A stretch of 64,000 bases of DNA. Source: Prorocentrum cordatum. Lineage: Eukaryota. Positions 1 through 14,447 of the stretch are shown here, piece by piece; positions within the stretch are counted from its first letter, which is position 1; the number at the start of each line of letters is the position of its first letter. The notes below the pieces were generated by a model that made no database searches, was not told the origin of the DNA, and worked only from the letters and a program-made list of their open reading frames with translations. The DNA lies in assembly GCA_963575745.1 (NCBI GenBank), contig CAUYUJ010000112.1:1-64000 (forward strand), read 5' to 3'. Both the position numbers and the translations under genes were made by a program.

Positions 1-39
<39 letters not shown>

Positions 40-40
40 T

Positions 41-98
<58 letters not shown>

Positions 99-115
99 AC
101 TACTACTACTACTAC
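1..115. repeat. (CTA)n/(CTG)n microsatellite
   Basis: Directly visible trinucleotide runs. Confidence 0.97.
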
Positions 116-136
116 GAGGATCCGTACTATCATCAT

Positions 137-951
137 CACTGTTATTATTGTCATCAGTCTTATCATGTGCCTTTTGTGGCACCCAGGCGCAGCCAGGAAC
201 GCGGCGCATGTCAGGCCGCGATGCTACGCATGCACGGCTGGGAAGCCCACAGGGTAGGCGGCATTGTTTGGGATCGTTTGGCCAGGAGCCTACCAGAGGC
301 ATGGATCAACACCGACCATGCGCGGGCATTCACGCACGTTGGCTTCACAGGTTCGAACGCCACGTTCCCACTGTGGCTGGGAATCTCGCCCGGGGCCAGG
401 CTGCAGCTGCCGTGCATCTTCGAGCTGCCCGCTAAGCTCTGGGTGGCTCGGCTACGAGCCCACTTACGAGGCAGGCGCACGACCGTTTCAAAAAGGGCAC
501 GCAACGATGGTTTCTGGCCCGGTTGCTGGAGTAGGACAGTTAAAATGTGGAGCGGCCGCTGCGCGCTCGCCCGGTTCGCTGGAGGATTCCCGGCTATCTG
601 GGCAGATCAGCTCGACGAGTGGTGCGACAGCTGCTACGGCTCCGTCGTTTGGTGCCGCCCAGGTTGTGTGCAGCGACTTTGGGCACAATGCTGAACAGAT
701 GGACGACCGATCGCCGCATGCGCAGTGAAAGGGGGCAGCTGGGCCCCTGCGTCCTCGGCTGCAGTGCTACGGCGGTCGACTCGGTGGAGCACTACGGCCA
801 GTGCAAGACCTCGCGCGAGTGGCAACGGCGCCGACTGGGCCCGAACATCCCGCAACATGGGCTGGCGCACAGCGTGCTGGGTGTCACGATGGACGACGCA
901 GCTCTTGTGCTTCAGGCTGCACCTGCTTACGTGGTTGTCACCGATCTGTGA
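137..951 (+). pseudogene. Decayed 3' fragment of a non-LTR retrotransposon ORF2 (C-terminal Cys/His region)
   Basis: The translation contains TLGTMLNRWTTDRRM...CVLGCSATAVDSVEHYGQC, resembling the N-x-W-x-T-x-x-R...C-x-x-G-C...D-S-x-E-H-Y motif that ends LINE ORF2 proteins. It is frameshifted and has no RT core. Confidence 0.55.
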
Positions 952-1883
952 GCCACATGCGACACCAGCAAGGACAGCCAGCGGCGAGCCGCCCACAGCA
1001 CGTGCAGCACCACATGGACCAGTTTTTATACAGTCAACCATGATAGTAAGGATGGGGCAACTTTCCAAGGCTACCCTTGCATCCTTGCCCCTTCGGTATC
1101 CGACATCCTTCGGCATCCTGCTGCGCTCCGCACGGACAACGTAAACATGGCGTTCCAAGGCCCTTGCATCCTTACTGCGCATCCTTACTTTCCTGGTCGA
1201 GTGTACGAGGCATGCCGCGGTTGCGCCCGTCTCCGGCGCGCCTGCCACCTGCCCTGGGCGCTTTTCCGACCTCGCCGACCACGGGAGGCGCCGCCCAGCG
1301 CCGGACGCTGGGGCCGACAACGGCTACAGTAACCCTGGCTGCTGCCGCCCCAGATGTTTTTTTTTTCTTGTTGTACTTCATTTCCATCCGTGTATGCACA
1401 TCCCACAGTCGCATATGGCTATGACGTCTCAGTGCAGTTGGGGCTTCGCCTTGGCCCACATGTGGGAACGACGTTGTCCCATGGTTGTGCGTTGCGTCTC
1501 TTCATGTAATATTCGGTGCCGTGGTCGGTTCGCTTCAAGCATGTACCTTTTGGCGCTTCGAGTACGGCGGGAAACACGAGGAGCAGCGCTTTTGGTTGCC
1601 GTTTTTATCGGCCCTCACCACGTTATCCATCAAGATCACCTTCTTCGTTATGACCGTATCGATTGCAAGGCTGATGTGCGTGCCCACCTTGATGCTATTT
1701 TTCGGGGCTTCGTGGTCATATTCGCGATCGCCCGGCCCGCGGTGATCCTGATCTACAGGACGTGTAGTGCTGTCGTTTACTCGTCAACTATTTCGTTGCC
1801 ATGCAGTCCAGAGATCCTTGACGGCACCACGGACACGGTCTAGTGTTTGGCCACATGCTTGACGACGTTCACGGTCCACGTTC

Positions 1884-2935
1884 GTGATCAAGAGTACGAC
1901 AGCGACATCAGCTACGTATGCGGCTACGTGTACGCAGGCGCCTACGCCAGCACCGTCGCCAGCTCCGACGGAGGCAGCGACGTCGGCACCGACCCCGGCG
2001 CCGACGCCAGCGCCTACGCCTTCACCGTCGCCAGCGCCATCGCCGATTCTGACGTCGGCACCGTGCCCAGCACCGACGCCGGCGCCTACGCCAGCACCGT
2101 CGCCAGCAGCGACGTCGACGCCACCATCGTCGCCGACCCTTGCACCGACACCGACGGCTACGCCAGCGCCGTCGCCAGCGCCTACGCCGACACCGACGTC
2201 GGCGTCTACGCCGGCACTTTCGCCGGCGCAAACGCCAACACAGTCACCAGCGCCGACGCCGACACCGACGTCGGCGCCTACGCCGACGCCGGGGCCTTCG
2301 CCGGCACCGTCGACAGCACCGACGCCGACACCGAGGTCGGCGCTTACGCCGACAACATCGCCGGCGCCTACGCCAGCACAATCGCCTGCTCCGACGCCGA
2401 CGCCGACGTCGGCGACGTCCCCCAGCACCGACGCTGGAGCATACGCCATCACCGTCGCTAACACCAACGCCGACACCAACGTCGTCGCCGACCCCTGCAC
2501 CGACTCTGGCGCCTACGCCAGCGCCTTCGCCAGCGCCGACGCCGACACCGACGTCGGCCCCTACGCCAGCACCGTCGCGGACGGAAACGCCAACATAGTG
2601 ACCAGCACCGACACCGACACCGACGTCGGCGCCTACGCCGATGCCGGCGCCTACGCCAACACCGTCACCAGCTCCGACGGCGACGCCGACGTCGGCACCG
2701 ACCCCCGCACCAACGCCAGCGCCTACGCCAGCACCGTCGCCAGCACCGACGCCGATTCTGACGTCGGCGCCGTCCCCAGCACTCGCGATGGGGCCTACTC
2801 AAGCACCAGTCGCCAGCAGCGACGTCGACACCTGCGTTGTCGCCGACCCCTGCACTGTCGCCGGCGTCTACGCCAGCACCTTCGCCGACGCCGACACCGA
2901 CGTCGGCCCCGAGGCCCTACGCCATCACCGACGTC
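1884..2935 (+). repeat. Pro/Thr/Ala-rich tandem repeat ([12 protein letters not shown]), possibly a frameshifted mucin-like or cell-surface protein exon
   Basis: Codon-periodic repeat that reads (PTPA/PSPA)n in three successive frames. No globular domain recognised. Confidence 0.5.
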
Positions 2936-4149
2936 GGAGTGCGACGCACGACGGATACAAGGAGCACGACACCGAACATGAATATACAGAACTTACAGAA
3001 GTGCGACGCACGATGGGTACCAGGAACACGACTCTGACCATCCGACGACGACGATGATTACGACCCGACGGCGGCTCCGACGCACGACCTGCTACCAACC
3101 GACGACGGCGGAAAACACCGAATGCATGGTTCTCCACGCGCCCGGTATCAGCAATCGCTCCGACTTCCACTACTTGCTCAGCGGGCGCTGCGCTAAAAAA
3201 AACACGACATACATGCCCAGTATCTTTAACGATACTGTCGATTCGGTGATTCCTCTCGACCTCACCACGCTCTGAAAGCCCCGGCGCGTGGGCTCTCGCC
3301 TCCTCCTCCTCTCTCGGGGCTGCCTGTCCTCCTGCGCTCGCCTCCTGTCTCCTCTCGTGCATGACCAAGCGCTCCAGACTGTTTACGTCTTCGTCGCTGC
3401 GTGCTGGCCCGCTGGTGCTTGGTCTCACTCCGGGCATGCATGCTGTTGGGGCGCTGTCGGCCAGTGGTCGCCCGCCACGGCCTCTTCTCGGCGCCTCGGC
3501 GACAACACACCGCACCACCGATAGTAGATTTCTGGGTGCGTGGACGCGTGGAACCATCCGCGGGTGTGATCGCGCTGCCAGGTCCTTACTTGCGATGTGT
3601 TACTTCTGTTATTTCGAGTGGTCGCGCACCGCGTCATGTGCTGAGGTTCTCCCTCTCCCTTCCGTCCTCCCCCTCTTCCTCCTCTCGCTGCCTCCTCCTT
3701 CCCAATTTTCTGGCAGGTTTGCTTCTGCTACTGTTTCACTCGGGAGTTTGCCGGCATGCACTGAGTGGCGTAGCGTTGCCCTGCTCTCACCTTTTTGTGT
3801 CGACGGGATGGACGCGGCAATCAGCCGTCCATATCTCCCGCTTCCCCGCCGTGGTGAGGTTCGGTCTGGCACGATGTGGCGATTGGTGGCTCGGCGACGC
3901 GGCTTTCTGTTGGGTTCTTCGGCCATTGGGAGTATCGGCTCGGCGTCTCTCCTCTCCGCGGCCTCCCTCCTCTCTGTTTCACATCTTGCTCGGCCAGCGT
4001 GGTTCGGCGACTCATCTGTGTTGTGGACATCGTTGATGGGGTTGGCTGCGGGGAAAATCCCCTTCTTTTCTACATAACTCATCCATGTCGCACTCCGAGA
4101 CGTGCCGTTAGCGCGGGTCGGGCGTTTTGCCTGAGTTCTCCTCACCATT

Positions 4150-5560
4150 TATGATTCTGGAGCGTAGAAGGTTGCAGCAGTTTCACGGATGGAGGGCGAG
4201 TCGTTTTCAAAGTGTGGCTTTCGCATTTGCTCCGCGCGCAATCGACATCAAAGCTTGCACGATGTTCATGGATGGAGGGCGGCTCTTTTTCAAAATGTGG
4301 TTCTCGCTGCAGCGCCGCGCACAATCGACATAACTTTTGGCAGGAGTTTTACGAATGGAGGGTGGCTCGTGTTCAAACTCTGGTTTTCGCTTCAGCGCTG
4401 TGCACAATCGACCTCAAACCTTGCAAGAGGTTCTCGGATGGGGGGTGACTCTTTTTCAAAATGTGGCTCTCGCTTTGGCGCCGCGCACGTTCGTCGTACA
4501 GTCGGCCTTGATTAGTAGGTCTACCCTGCCAAGTCAAGGGTACCCGTGTGTCCTGTCTTTAGTGGTCCGTGCCTTCCGCATTCCCAAGGTGCTGTAGCCC
4601 TCGGAAGGGTCGCGTGTCCTCTCGCGTGTCCTCGCCAATCGAGTCCGACTGTAAAATGTTGAAGGCGTTTCACGGAGTGAGTGCGGCTATGTTTTGTAAA
4701 TGTGGACTTCGCCCCAGCGCCGCGCACACGCGTTGCAAAAGCTTGTGCAGTACGAGCTTTACGACTGTGGCTTTTGCGTTGGCGCCGTGCACCGCCGGCA
4801 TCAGAAAGGATTGCAAGAGCTGCGCGGAGGGAGGGCGGTTCCTCTTCAACATGGCGTTCTCGCCTCCGCGCTGTGCACATTCGTGGTAAGAGTTTGTAAG
4901 GGCTTCGCGGATGGAGGGGGGCTCCTTTCCAGAAAGTTGTCCTCGCCAATATAGCGCCGCGCGCAGCCGTCATACTTGCTTGCAGGAGGTTCACAGGAGG
5001 AGGGTGGGCCCTTTTTCAACATGCGGTTCTCTCCCTAGCGTCGCGCGCATTCGTCTCACACGGTGGTAAGAGTTTCACGGATGGAGGGCGGCCCCTTTTT
5101 AAATAGTGGTTCTTCCTTGAGCTCCGCGCACATTCGCTTTCAACGTGCGCTAGATCTGCACGGATGGAGGGCGGCTCTTGTTCAAAGTTGGTTTTGGCTT
5201 CGGCGCCGCGCGCGTCCGTATTAGCGGGCTCTTCTGATGGACGTTCCAGAGGTGTTTTGACACGCAATAGGGTTGTCAGGGCGCACAGGACACGGGTATT
5301 CGCGGTGCTGAGTTCCCAGGGATGGTGTTCTGGCACGACGCATGATCCTCAGGACATAAGAGTTTAGTCGCGGCGTCGCTGCCCAAGGAGTGGTTCTTTT
5401 CGTTCGATTCGGGATTCTCAGACTTCTGTTGTCCAACGGGGCAACTCCAGCCGTGAAGCGAAAATCTTGCAGGGACCTTTGAAGAAGAACGTTGAAGGGA
5501 GGGTTATGTGCAATCGTTGATGCGTCTTGGGTTTACACTGGTCCCTCTCTTCCTCGTCCT
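4150..5560 (+). repeat. Degenerate 83-bp satellite array with a ~290-bp unique tail
   Basis: A GGATGGAGGGCG-like core recurs at ~4187, 4270, 4353, 4436, 4825, 4908, 4995, 5078 and 5161 (mostly 83-bp spacing). The tail 5271-5560 is homologous to the reverse complement of 8575-8875. Confidence 0.8.
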
Positions 5561-6387
5561 CCTTGTCCGAGGCTGTCTAATTCTTGGTCCTGAGCTTCCA
5601 TATTTACCATCAGCTCAAATCGGACCTGGCGCGGCGGCCTCAAAGTGCCACGCCATTTTACCATGACAAGATACGAGCTGCTGCATTCGCTGCCATGAGC
5701 TGCTAGTGCTCCGCAGTAGCGGAGACACCATCGTCCCAGCTACGTGCGCTCGTCCGGGGCTGTCTCTTGGGGTGCGAGCAGGAGCAGGACGACATTCCTG
5801 CCCCAGCCTCCGCCTCCCTGCCGCTCCTCTTGCTCTCCTCTCCTCCGGCGCCAGGGCGGACCATCTGGGCCTCGGCCACCAGGCACAGCGCCAGGGCCAG
5901 AGACCTTCCCGTTCCAGAGGCGGCCCGCTTGGGTCTGCCACTTCGTCTGTGCGCCAGGGCGAAGGATCGGCCGATTTTTCCGGCATGCTTGGGGTGCAAT
6001 CCCAGATCTCGGACGATGTCGTTTTTGGCCAACTGGCCGTTTTTGACCAATCTCGGCCTTCAGAGGCTGGTTTCGAGCCTTGGTGCCACCCAACACGGAT
6101 CCGGGACGAAAAAAAGCCGCCGGGAAGCGGTCGAGGCTTCTGGGGCCGCGGATTGAAATCAGCCCCGCGGGTGTCTGGTGGGGTTGGCGTGAATGCGCCG
6201 GGTCCGCCAGATTTGGCACCCCGCAGGGCCCCAGTTCATTGCAGTCCTGGCCCTCGCTTCCCCGAGCGCCTCCGACATCGAGCTTGCTCACAACGAGTTG
6301 CTGATCGCAGTGCGCGCCAAATGCGGCGCTTCGATGTCCCTGGGGCCTGAGCCCGGCTGACGGCCTTGTTCCGAGCGGCAGTCGTTC

Positions 6388-7330
<943 letters not shown>

Positions 7331-7364
7331 CCTTTTCGGGCAGGCCTGAGGGGAGGATACTTCG

Positions 7365-7409
7365 AGAGCGTCCCAGAACGCTCTCAGATCGTTCCAGACA
7401 GCTCTGGAA
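7365..7409 (+). repeat. Dispersed copy of the interior of intron 19386-19564
   Basis: 36/45 ungapped identity with 19421-19465; contains two small hairpins. Confidence 0.75.
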
Positions 7410-7870
7410 CCGCTGTTCCCCTCCGACCTCCTCCGCCTCCGCCTCCTCCTCCTCCTCCTCCCCGTCCTCCTCCTTCCCTTTTTCTCTCTCTGCGACAACG
7501 ACACTTGAGGCGGCCACAACGACACTGGTTCAACGACATCCAGGACCTCCACCATCGTCGACGATTGCTACCCCGCCGACCACGTCATTCTCTGCGTCAA
7601 GAGCGTCCGCCGATTGCCACCCCGAGGGCCACACCATTCCCGGCCCCCAGATCGACAGCACCGCCGACCGCAACATTCACGTCAATTTCGACTACCAGGT
7701 CGAGTGGCCCAACTACCAGGCTGAAAGCAACGCTGACCACGCACTGTCAGAGCGACGCCCGTCGGCCCGACGCCACACCGACCGCCATCCTGACGGCAAT
7801 CCCTGGGTGTCCAAGTGCAACCAGCTGCCACGCCAGCGCGGTGCGGGCTGCCACTTTGACGGTTACACTC

Positions 7871-8062
7871 GACTGCACGTAAGAGTGACCCCTCGCCGGA
7901 GTGACTTTTGGTGCAGGCCCATTCGGGTCCCCCAATCGCCGAACGCGATGCGATAGTAGCGTCTTGCGCGCTTGTGTTAGGTCCCAGTTTGGTCCCTCCG
8001 CGGCCCCCAAGAAACCGCGCACCAAAGGTCACTCTTACCCAGGGTCACCCTTGCGTGTAGCC
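7871..8062. mobile_element. MITE with ~44-bp TIRs
   Basis: GACTGCACGTAAGAGTGACCC...GAGTGACTTTTGGTGC (7871-7914) is an inverted match to GCACCAAAGGTCACTC...GGGTCACCCTTGCGTGTAGCC (8019-8062). Confidence 0.75.
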
Positions 8063-8574
8063 GATACGCTGGCTGCAACCCTGACGGCACCGTGGTTGCC
8101 ACCTCGACGGCCGCGCCGGCTTCTAGTCCAACGGCAGGTCCGACTGCCAGACTGGAGGCAAACACGACTGTCTGAGTCTGGCCCGCGGATGCGCTCCTAC
8201 CGCCAGTCCAGCGACAACGCCGCCTGCCACTACCACGGCAACTCCTTCGCCCTCGATCCTTCTGGCAACGGCAGCGATTCACTCCGCTTCCTCCTCTGCC
8301 CCTCCTTCCTACTCATCCCTCTCCCCCCCTCCCCTTCTTCTCCTCCCTGCTGCATCCCTCCCCCCTCGCTTCATCCCTCATCCCTCCTCCTCCTCCTCCT
8401 GCTCCTTCCTCCTTTGTTCTTCCTGCATCCTTCTTTCCTGTCTTCGTCGTCGCCCAGGCTGGGCGCAGGCTGGACACGTGCGACGCTGCGACCACGGTGG
8501 CGATCCAGGCCATCGAGTGGCCTTCCAACCCGCTCGCGCACGCTGGCACTGCCAGCACGGTGCCCCCACCCCAC

Positions 8575-9055
8575 CAGTAGAAGGAGGAAGAGTAGGTTCA
8601 GTGCAAACCCAAGACGCATGTACGATTTTGCAATAAACCTTCCCTCCAAGATCCCTCTTCGTAGGTACCTAAACATATCATGATTGCGGGAATTGGCCCA
8701 TTAGAAGACCACTGTCTGAGAGTCTTCAATTATGCCACAACGCCGCCCCTGGGACTCCAGCGTGACTGTTGCTTACTCGCAATCCTTAATCGTACCAGAA
8801 CGCATCCCCTGGGACTTCAACCGTGAATCAACGTGGCTGACGCGTCCTGACAATCTTGCGACTTGCGCCATGCAAGCCCTTGAGACGAGCGTGCGCGGCG
8901 CAAAGGTGAGCGCCACATTTCGGAAAGGACCCGCCCTCCATCCGTGGAACTGTTGCAAGCTTTCACAAACGAATGTGCGTGGCGCTAAGGCGAGAGCCAC
9001 GTTTAGAACAGGACCCGCCCTCCATCCGTTGAGCTGCTGCAGATTTCAAGCTTCA
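8575..9055 (-). repeat. Second, inverted copy of the 83-bp satellite plus tail element
   Basis: CCGCCCTCCATCCG cores at ~8931 and ~9015. The tail shares ATGCGTCTTGGGTTT(G/A)CACTG with 5520-5540. Confidence 0.75.
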
Positions 9056-10214
9056 GGGTCGTAAGTGGCGGGGAAGTCTCGGGCGAAACGCCCAGCTCGC
9101 CCTACCGACACGTCTGGGGGTGCGACAGTAGTGATTTATTCAGTCGGAGAAGAAGAGGAGGAGGAGGATGGGGGAGGGGGAGGAGGCGGTCGAGGAGGAC
9201 TTACCCAACGTTTTCGTCATCTGTCTCCAGAGCGTTTTGGAGGCTCGGTCTGGTTCCTGTCAGCTGCGCCTCGTCGAGGGCGTTGCGGGGGTGCCGTGCT
9301 AGAGCCGTCCCGCACTGCCACAAGAAACCGAGGTTTGACCCGAGCCTCTGCGCGGTTTGGGGCGGTTGCGCCCGGTGGCCGCTGCAGACGGGCCCTGTCG
9401 AGGGCCCTGCTGTCGCTGGCGTGCCTGCCATGGGGGCGCCGCCTTTGGGCAGCGGATGAGGGGCCGCCATGGGACCCCCTCCCCGGGGGGCTGGCGGGCA
9501 GGGGCCCCTTGCGGCACCGTCGGGCGCCACTGGCCACGCCCTCTGGCCGTGGGGAGGGGTTGCCGCGGGCTGGGCGCTAGGAGGCCCACCTGCGGGACAT
9601 GTAAGTGCCCGCGCTGGGCGGCCCGGCCGGCCGCGCCGCCCGACCACGGGTGCGCGTCAAGCGGTCGGGCAGGGGGCGCTGCGAACGCAGGGAGCAGCAC
9701 CTACGAAGCGGGGCCTGACCAGAGGGTGGGTGTGTGCCCCGTGGCGAGCCCGCTCTTCTCGGGGGGGCAGGTGGTGACTTGTGAGGTGTTCGAGGGAGGG
9801 CCTCGTATTCGAGGATCGGAGGATTTGTCATCTCTTCCTCGGCGGAAGGGCGGCGGAAGGCGGCGGAAGCAAAACGAGGCCGCATCCGCCGGCGGAAGCC
9901 GGCGGAAGTAACAAATCGGCCTCCCAAGATGTGGCACGGTTTGCTGGTTCATGGTTTTTACACCCGCCATGTCTATCCCACCCCGCGAATCGGACCGCAC
10001 CGTCCAACCCCCAGCCCCCACCCGCTGGTGGGACGCAGGCATCGGACATGTTGCCGTGTTCGCCCACCATTTGTGCGGATGCAAATTTGCGCCTCCCGCC
10101 GTATTGCGCGCGCAGAAATTGTGCGTGTGGGGGCTATTCGGCTAATCGTGATCCTGCTTAGCGCATCGCGACGGTGTCGCCACGTAGCCCCTGGAGCTAC
10201 ATGTGCGTGTATGT

Positions 10215-10233
10215 GGTTTGTGTGTGCGTGTGT

Positions 10234-10277
<44 letters not shown>

Positions 10278-10442
10278 AGAGAGAGAGAGAACAACAGAGA
10301 AAGAGAGAGAGAGAGTGTGTGTGCGTGCGTGCGTGCGTGCGTGCGTGCGCGCGCGTGCGTGTGTGTGTGTGTGCGTGTGTGAATGTCTGTATGTGTGTGT
10401 GTGTGTGTGTTCGTGTGTGTGTGTGTTGTGTGTATGTGTGTG
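10215..10442. repeat. (AG)n, (GTGC)n and (GT)n microsatellites
   Basis: Directly visible. Confidence 0.95.
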
Positions 10443-11394
10443 ACCCCGCGCTTAGTACTTCTACTGGATCCGCCTCGTCGCTGCGCGTGATGCCGCTTCC
10501 GTCGAACAGATGTGTCTATGTGTGTGGGTGTGCGCCGACCTTGGAGGCTCCAGCTCGCGGTCGTCCGGCGTTTGGACTTGGTGCGTCGCTTCATAAAGGC
10601 AACTCAGTCGTGGTAAACGCGTCCCCAGACCCCGACGTCATGGTCTTTCACAACGTCGACTTTCAGAGGTCTAGACCCATTTCTTTTGGCCAATTCTTCA
10701 TCCCCGGTCATTTTATGCTTCCAGAGTCCGAAAATCACACAACACCTTCCGCCGTGATTTTTGTCACGGCGCGAAGGGGGTTTGGGCACCAAGCGCCCAT
10801 CGAGTTGAGCCACCTGCGCGTCGGAGGCAAAGAGGTCCACTGCGCGTGGCGGGCGCAGGCCACCGACGCCGCGGTGTTGTCCGCGCTGCAGGCGGCCTCC
10901 TTGCCGGCCACCCTGGACGGCGTCAGCTGCTGCACGGCGCCCGCGGGGGGTGTACCCGCGGGCGGCGGCGGCGGCGGCGATCCGCGACGGCGACGACGGC
11001 GAACCGCGGCGGCGACGACAGCCATGAAGGTTTTCGCGCTTCAACTTCTTCGAAAGGGTGCTGATGACGATGATGGATGCATTGTTCATGCTGAAGTGGT
11101 GATGCTTCGTGACACCACCATCATTATCGTCGTCATCATCATCAGCATTATCATCATTATTATCATCATCGTCATCGTCATCAACATCATCATCCGGTTG
11201 GCGATGTCGCCCCCCCGGGGGGCGCGAAGATGGTCGCGTTTCGTGCGTCGCTGCCCGGGCTGGAAAGCTGCTGCTCTCCAGAGGTTTGGCGCGCGGGCGC
11301 GAGCATGGCCGCATGCTGCGCATCGCGGAGCGCGAGGCGCGACGCTGGGTGGCCCCGGGACGGGGCATGCCGTGCCGTCAAGGTGAGCCCATCT

Positions 11395-11612
11395 AGGCCT
11401 TCCAGATGGGGTCGGAGCAGATGGGGTCGGAAGATCGCGACGCATCGCCGACGCATCGACGACGCATCGTCGATGTGGCGCCCGTGTCTCTCCTGGCCGA
11501 CGTCGCCGATGCATCGCCGACGTTGCCGATGCATCGCCTATACATCTGGGGTGCACTGGCGATGCCGCGCGATCCTTCGACCCCATCTGCTCGGATCGCA
11601 TCCAGGGGGCCT
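11395..11612. mobile_element. MITE with ~50-bp TIRs and internal GCATCGCCGA repeats
   Basis: GATGGGGTCGGAGCAGATGGGGTCGGAAGATCGCGACGCATCGCC is an inverted match to GGCGATGCCGCGCGATCCTTCGACCCCATCTGCTCGGATCGCATC. Confidence 0.75.
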
Positions 11613-12088
11613 CAAGTTCAGCAGTCGCGGCGGGCAGCCACCACGGTTCAGGCCGCCAGCCCGAGCGATCGGCGCAGCGGCTTGGCCTCCTCCATGGCCC
11701 AGAGCCCCGAGGCCGTGATTTTTCCAAAGCTCAGAAGAGAAAACGGTACCCATACTTCTACCCTCCGCCCGTTTTCCCCTTTTTGGGCCTCCTGGGCGGC
11801 TCTCGTCGCCACCGCTGGATTCGCCTCGAGATCCTGGTCAGACCGCACCCCGGGAGAGGTCCGGGGAGCAGCGGTATCGGTACCTCTTGGTTTCCCCAAA
11901 AGCGTGGGCCCTCGGAGGCCCATGCCCCACTGCTCTGGGGGCGGCTTTTTTGCCCCGAGCCGCTCGTTGGCGGCCCCGTGGCCGATTGTTTTCTTCACGG
12001 CGAGGGGAGGCCTGGGCCCCCCATGTCCCGATGACGTACTGAACGGCCGCGGCCCACTCTTTGCGCGCGCGCGCGCTGGGGTGAGGGC

Positions 12089-12730
12089 CTCAGGGGCAAC
12101 GTTTAGGGGGGGGGATAGGCTCAGGGGGTCCGCATCCACCCCCAATCGCCTCCTCCTCACCGATGGGGGCCTGATACCCCGCCCCGCGCAGGACCGTGCG
12201 GATTCGCCATTGGGTGTTCACTGCTGCAGGGGTCGACCTCATCGGTGTTTTGGCGATGTCATGGGCCCTTTGCGTTTCGATGTCGTCTTGCAGCAGAGGC
12301 GGACTCAAGACAGAACGAGAGCAAAACGAAAGCGAACACACGCACACACACGCACACTTACACACTTACACACTTACACACTTACACACTTACACACTTA
12401 CACACTTACACACCTACACACCTACACACCTACACACTTACACACCTACACACCTACACACCTACACACCTACACACCTACACACCTACACACCTACACA
12501 CCTACACACCTACACGCCTACACACCTACACACCTACACACAGAGACACAGACACACAGACACACAGACACACACACACACAGACACACACACACAGACA
12601 CACACGCAGACACACACACATATATATATACTCCACACACACTCACACACACACACTCTTTGGGGCGATCCCTGCACCGCCGATCTATCGGCGATGTATC
12701 GCTGATTCCAGGTCGATGTTTCCTCCGCTG
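12089..12730 (+). mobile_element. Copy of the repeat family forming intron 25662-25849, interrupted by a (CACACCTA)n/(CA)n microsatellite
   Basis: Starts CTCAGGGGCAACGTTT-G-run...CATCCACCCCCAATCGCC. After the microsatellite (12340-12658) it reads ATCGGCGATGTATCGCTGATTCCAGGTCGATGTT, matching 25797-25830. Confidence 0.6.
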
Positions 12731-13151
12731 AGCCGGTTTGGCAGTCCCCAAACGTGGTGTTGACAATACCCGGCGGTGAGTCTCGGGCGATTTGGTGTCA
12801 CCACCTGGTTTGGGGACACGTGTGGTTTCTTGAGGATGTCCCGAACGCTGGTGTGTCCAGGAGTCACAGAACCCGACGGTGGCCCCGTGTCCCAAAACCA
12901 GACGGTGACTTTTTGGGGGTTCCAGGTCAGCACCCGATATCGCACCACCTGGTTTGGGGGCTCCCAGCCGGTGCCCCCCCCCCGCTGACGTTCCCCCCCA
13001 GCTGGAGCGAGGGCCGATGGGCCCCGCGGCCGTGGGCGTGTGGGCGTTGGCCCTGGCGCTTTGGGCCCCCCGCGGGCGCGGCCTGGGCTACCGGTCCGCC
13101 GAGGACCGAGGGCCAGAGAACGACACCCGGAACCCCTCGCGTCGTGACAAA

Positions 13152-13196
13152 CGGGCGGGTGGTAATGGGGGTCACCCCCCATTTACCACCCGCCCG
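13152..13196. repeat. Short near-perfect hairpin (~21-bp stem)
   Basis: CGGGCGGGTGGTAATGGGGG-TCA-CCCCCCATTTACCACCCGCCCG. Confidence 0.85.
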
Positions 13197-13487
13197 GGAC
13201 AATCATGTCATTCAACGTTTTTCTGATTCTTTGTGTTCCGTGCGGTTTTTGTTTTACGTTTGTGTATTCGGCATCTGGGGGCCCTCGCCAGGCCCCAGGA
13301 CCTTTCAGGATGAAAAACGCACCCCGGGGGTCCACGCGGTGAAAATCATGACGTCAGGGGTCCGGGCACGGACGTGCGCTGTTGCAGGCTTGGGCGCTAG
13401 GCAGCGGGGGTCCGCTTCACGAGGGGGGGGGAGATCGAGGGTTGCAGGGCAGTGGCCCTCAATAGGCCCCAAGCGGCCTCTATTCTT

Positions 13488-13651
13488 CGAGTAGGGGATC
13501 GACTACATAATTGATGTGCCCCAGAAATTATTTGTTCGTCGAAATCATGAGAAATGCGTAGATTGCCCGTAGATCTACGAGCATTCTACGCATCACTTGA
13601 CGAGAAGATCACTTCTGGGGTAAATCAATTCTGTAGACGATCCCCTACTCG
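13488..13651. repeat. ~164-bp imperfect palindrome (fold-back element)
   Basis: The ends CGAGTAGGGGATCG and CGATCCCCTACTCG pair, and the arms align inward to the centre GTAGA|TCTAC. Confidence 0.85.
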
Positions 13652-14304
13652 GACGCTGTGCACTGCCGCCGCGGGCCCGAAGGGTGCTGCAACGGCGCGC
13701 GTTTCCTCACCTCCCCTTGTCCCCCCCCCCCCGTTAGCACACGCCCGACGGGCCCCCACGGATTTCTTGGGCCGGTGCTGGACCCCCACTCCCACTCTCC
13801 CCTGGCGGCGCCTCCGGCGCCGGTTCCCGGGCGCTGGAGGCGCCGAGGAGGGGGTTCGGGAAAGATGATCGAAGCAGTTTTGCCCGAGCGGGAGCCGCGG
13901 GACCAAGGGTAATTAGTAATTAGGGGGAGGCGAGGGAGGAGGCGGAGGTGGAGGAGGAGGAGGCGGAGGAGGAGGAGGAGGAGGAGGAGGAGGAGGAAGA
14001 GGAGGAGGCGAGGGAGGAGGGGGAGGAGGAGGAGGGGGAGGAGGAGGAGGCGAGGGAGGAGGGGGATGAGGGGGAGGGAGGAGGTGGAGGAAGAAGAGGA
14101 GGAAGAGGAGGAGGTCCTGCTTGCTTTGCCAAGTAGTCGGTGGGCGGTCCCCTCGTCGAGGCCGCCCGTCGCTGCCGTCCGTCGCCGCCCGGTGGCCGCT
14201 GGCTGGCGCTTTTCCCGGAGCTTGCCCCGTGGCCGCCTCTTGGCCGCTCCCCGCCTCGTGCGCTGGTTCGGGTGTTTATGACGGACACGTAGCCCGTAGC
14301 GAAC

Positions 14305-14447
14305 ATTAAGTCGGGCCTGTCCCTCTACAGGGGGAATGTTCAACATAGTCACAAAAAATAATAGGGGGACAATGTTTGGATATTTTTTGGGCTTTTATGT
14401 TTCGTGCGAAATCCGCCTGTGTGGGGAGGGGGCGCGCCCGACCTGAA
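14305..14447. mobile_element. MITE family GTTAAGTCGGGCC, copy 1 (right TIR degenerate)
   Basis: The left end TTAAGTCGGGCCTGTCCCTCTACAGG is identical to the copy at 37091. Confidence 0.7.

Noticed and set aside
10594..10790. Possible exon (minus-strand KHKMTGDEELAKRNGSRPLKVDVVKDHD)
   Set aside because: No recognisable domain, splice partners or clear strand; insufficient support.
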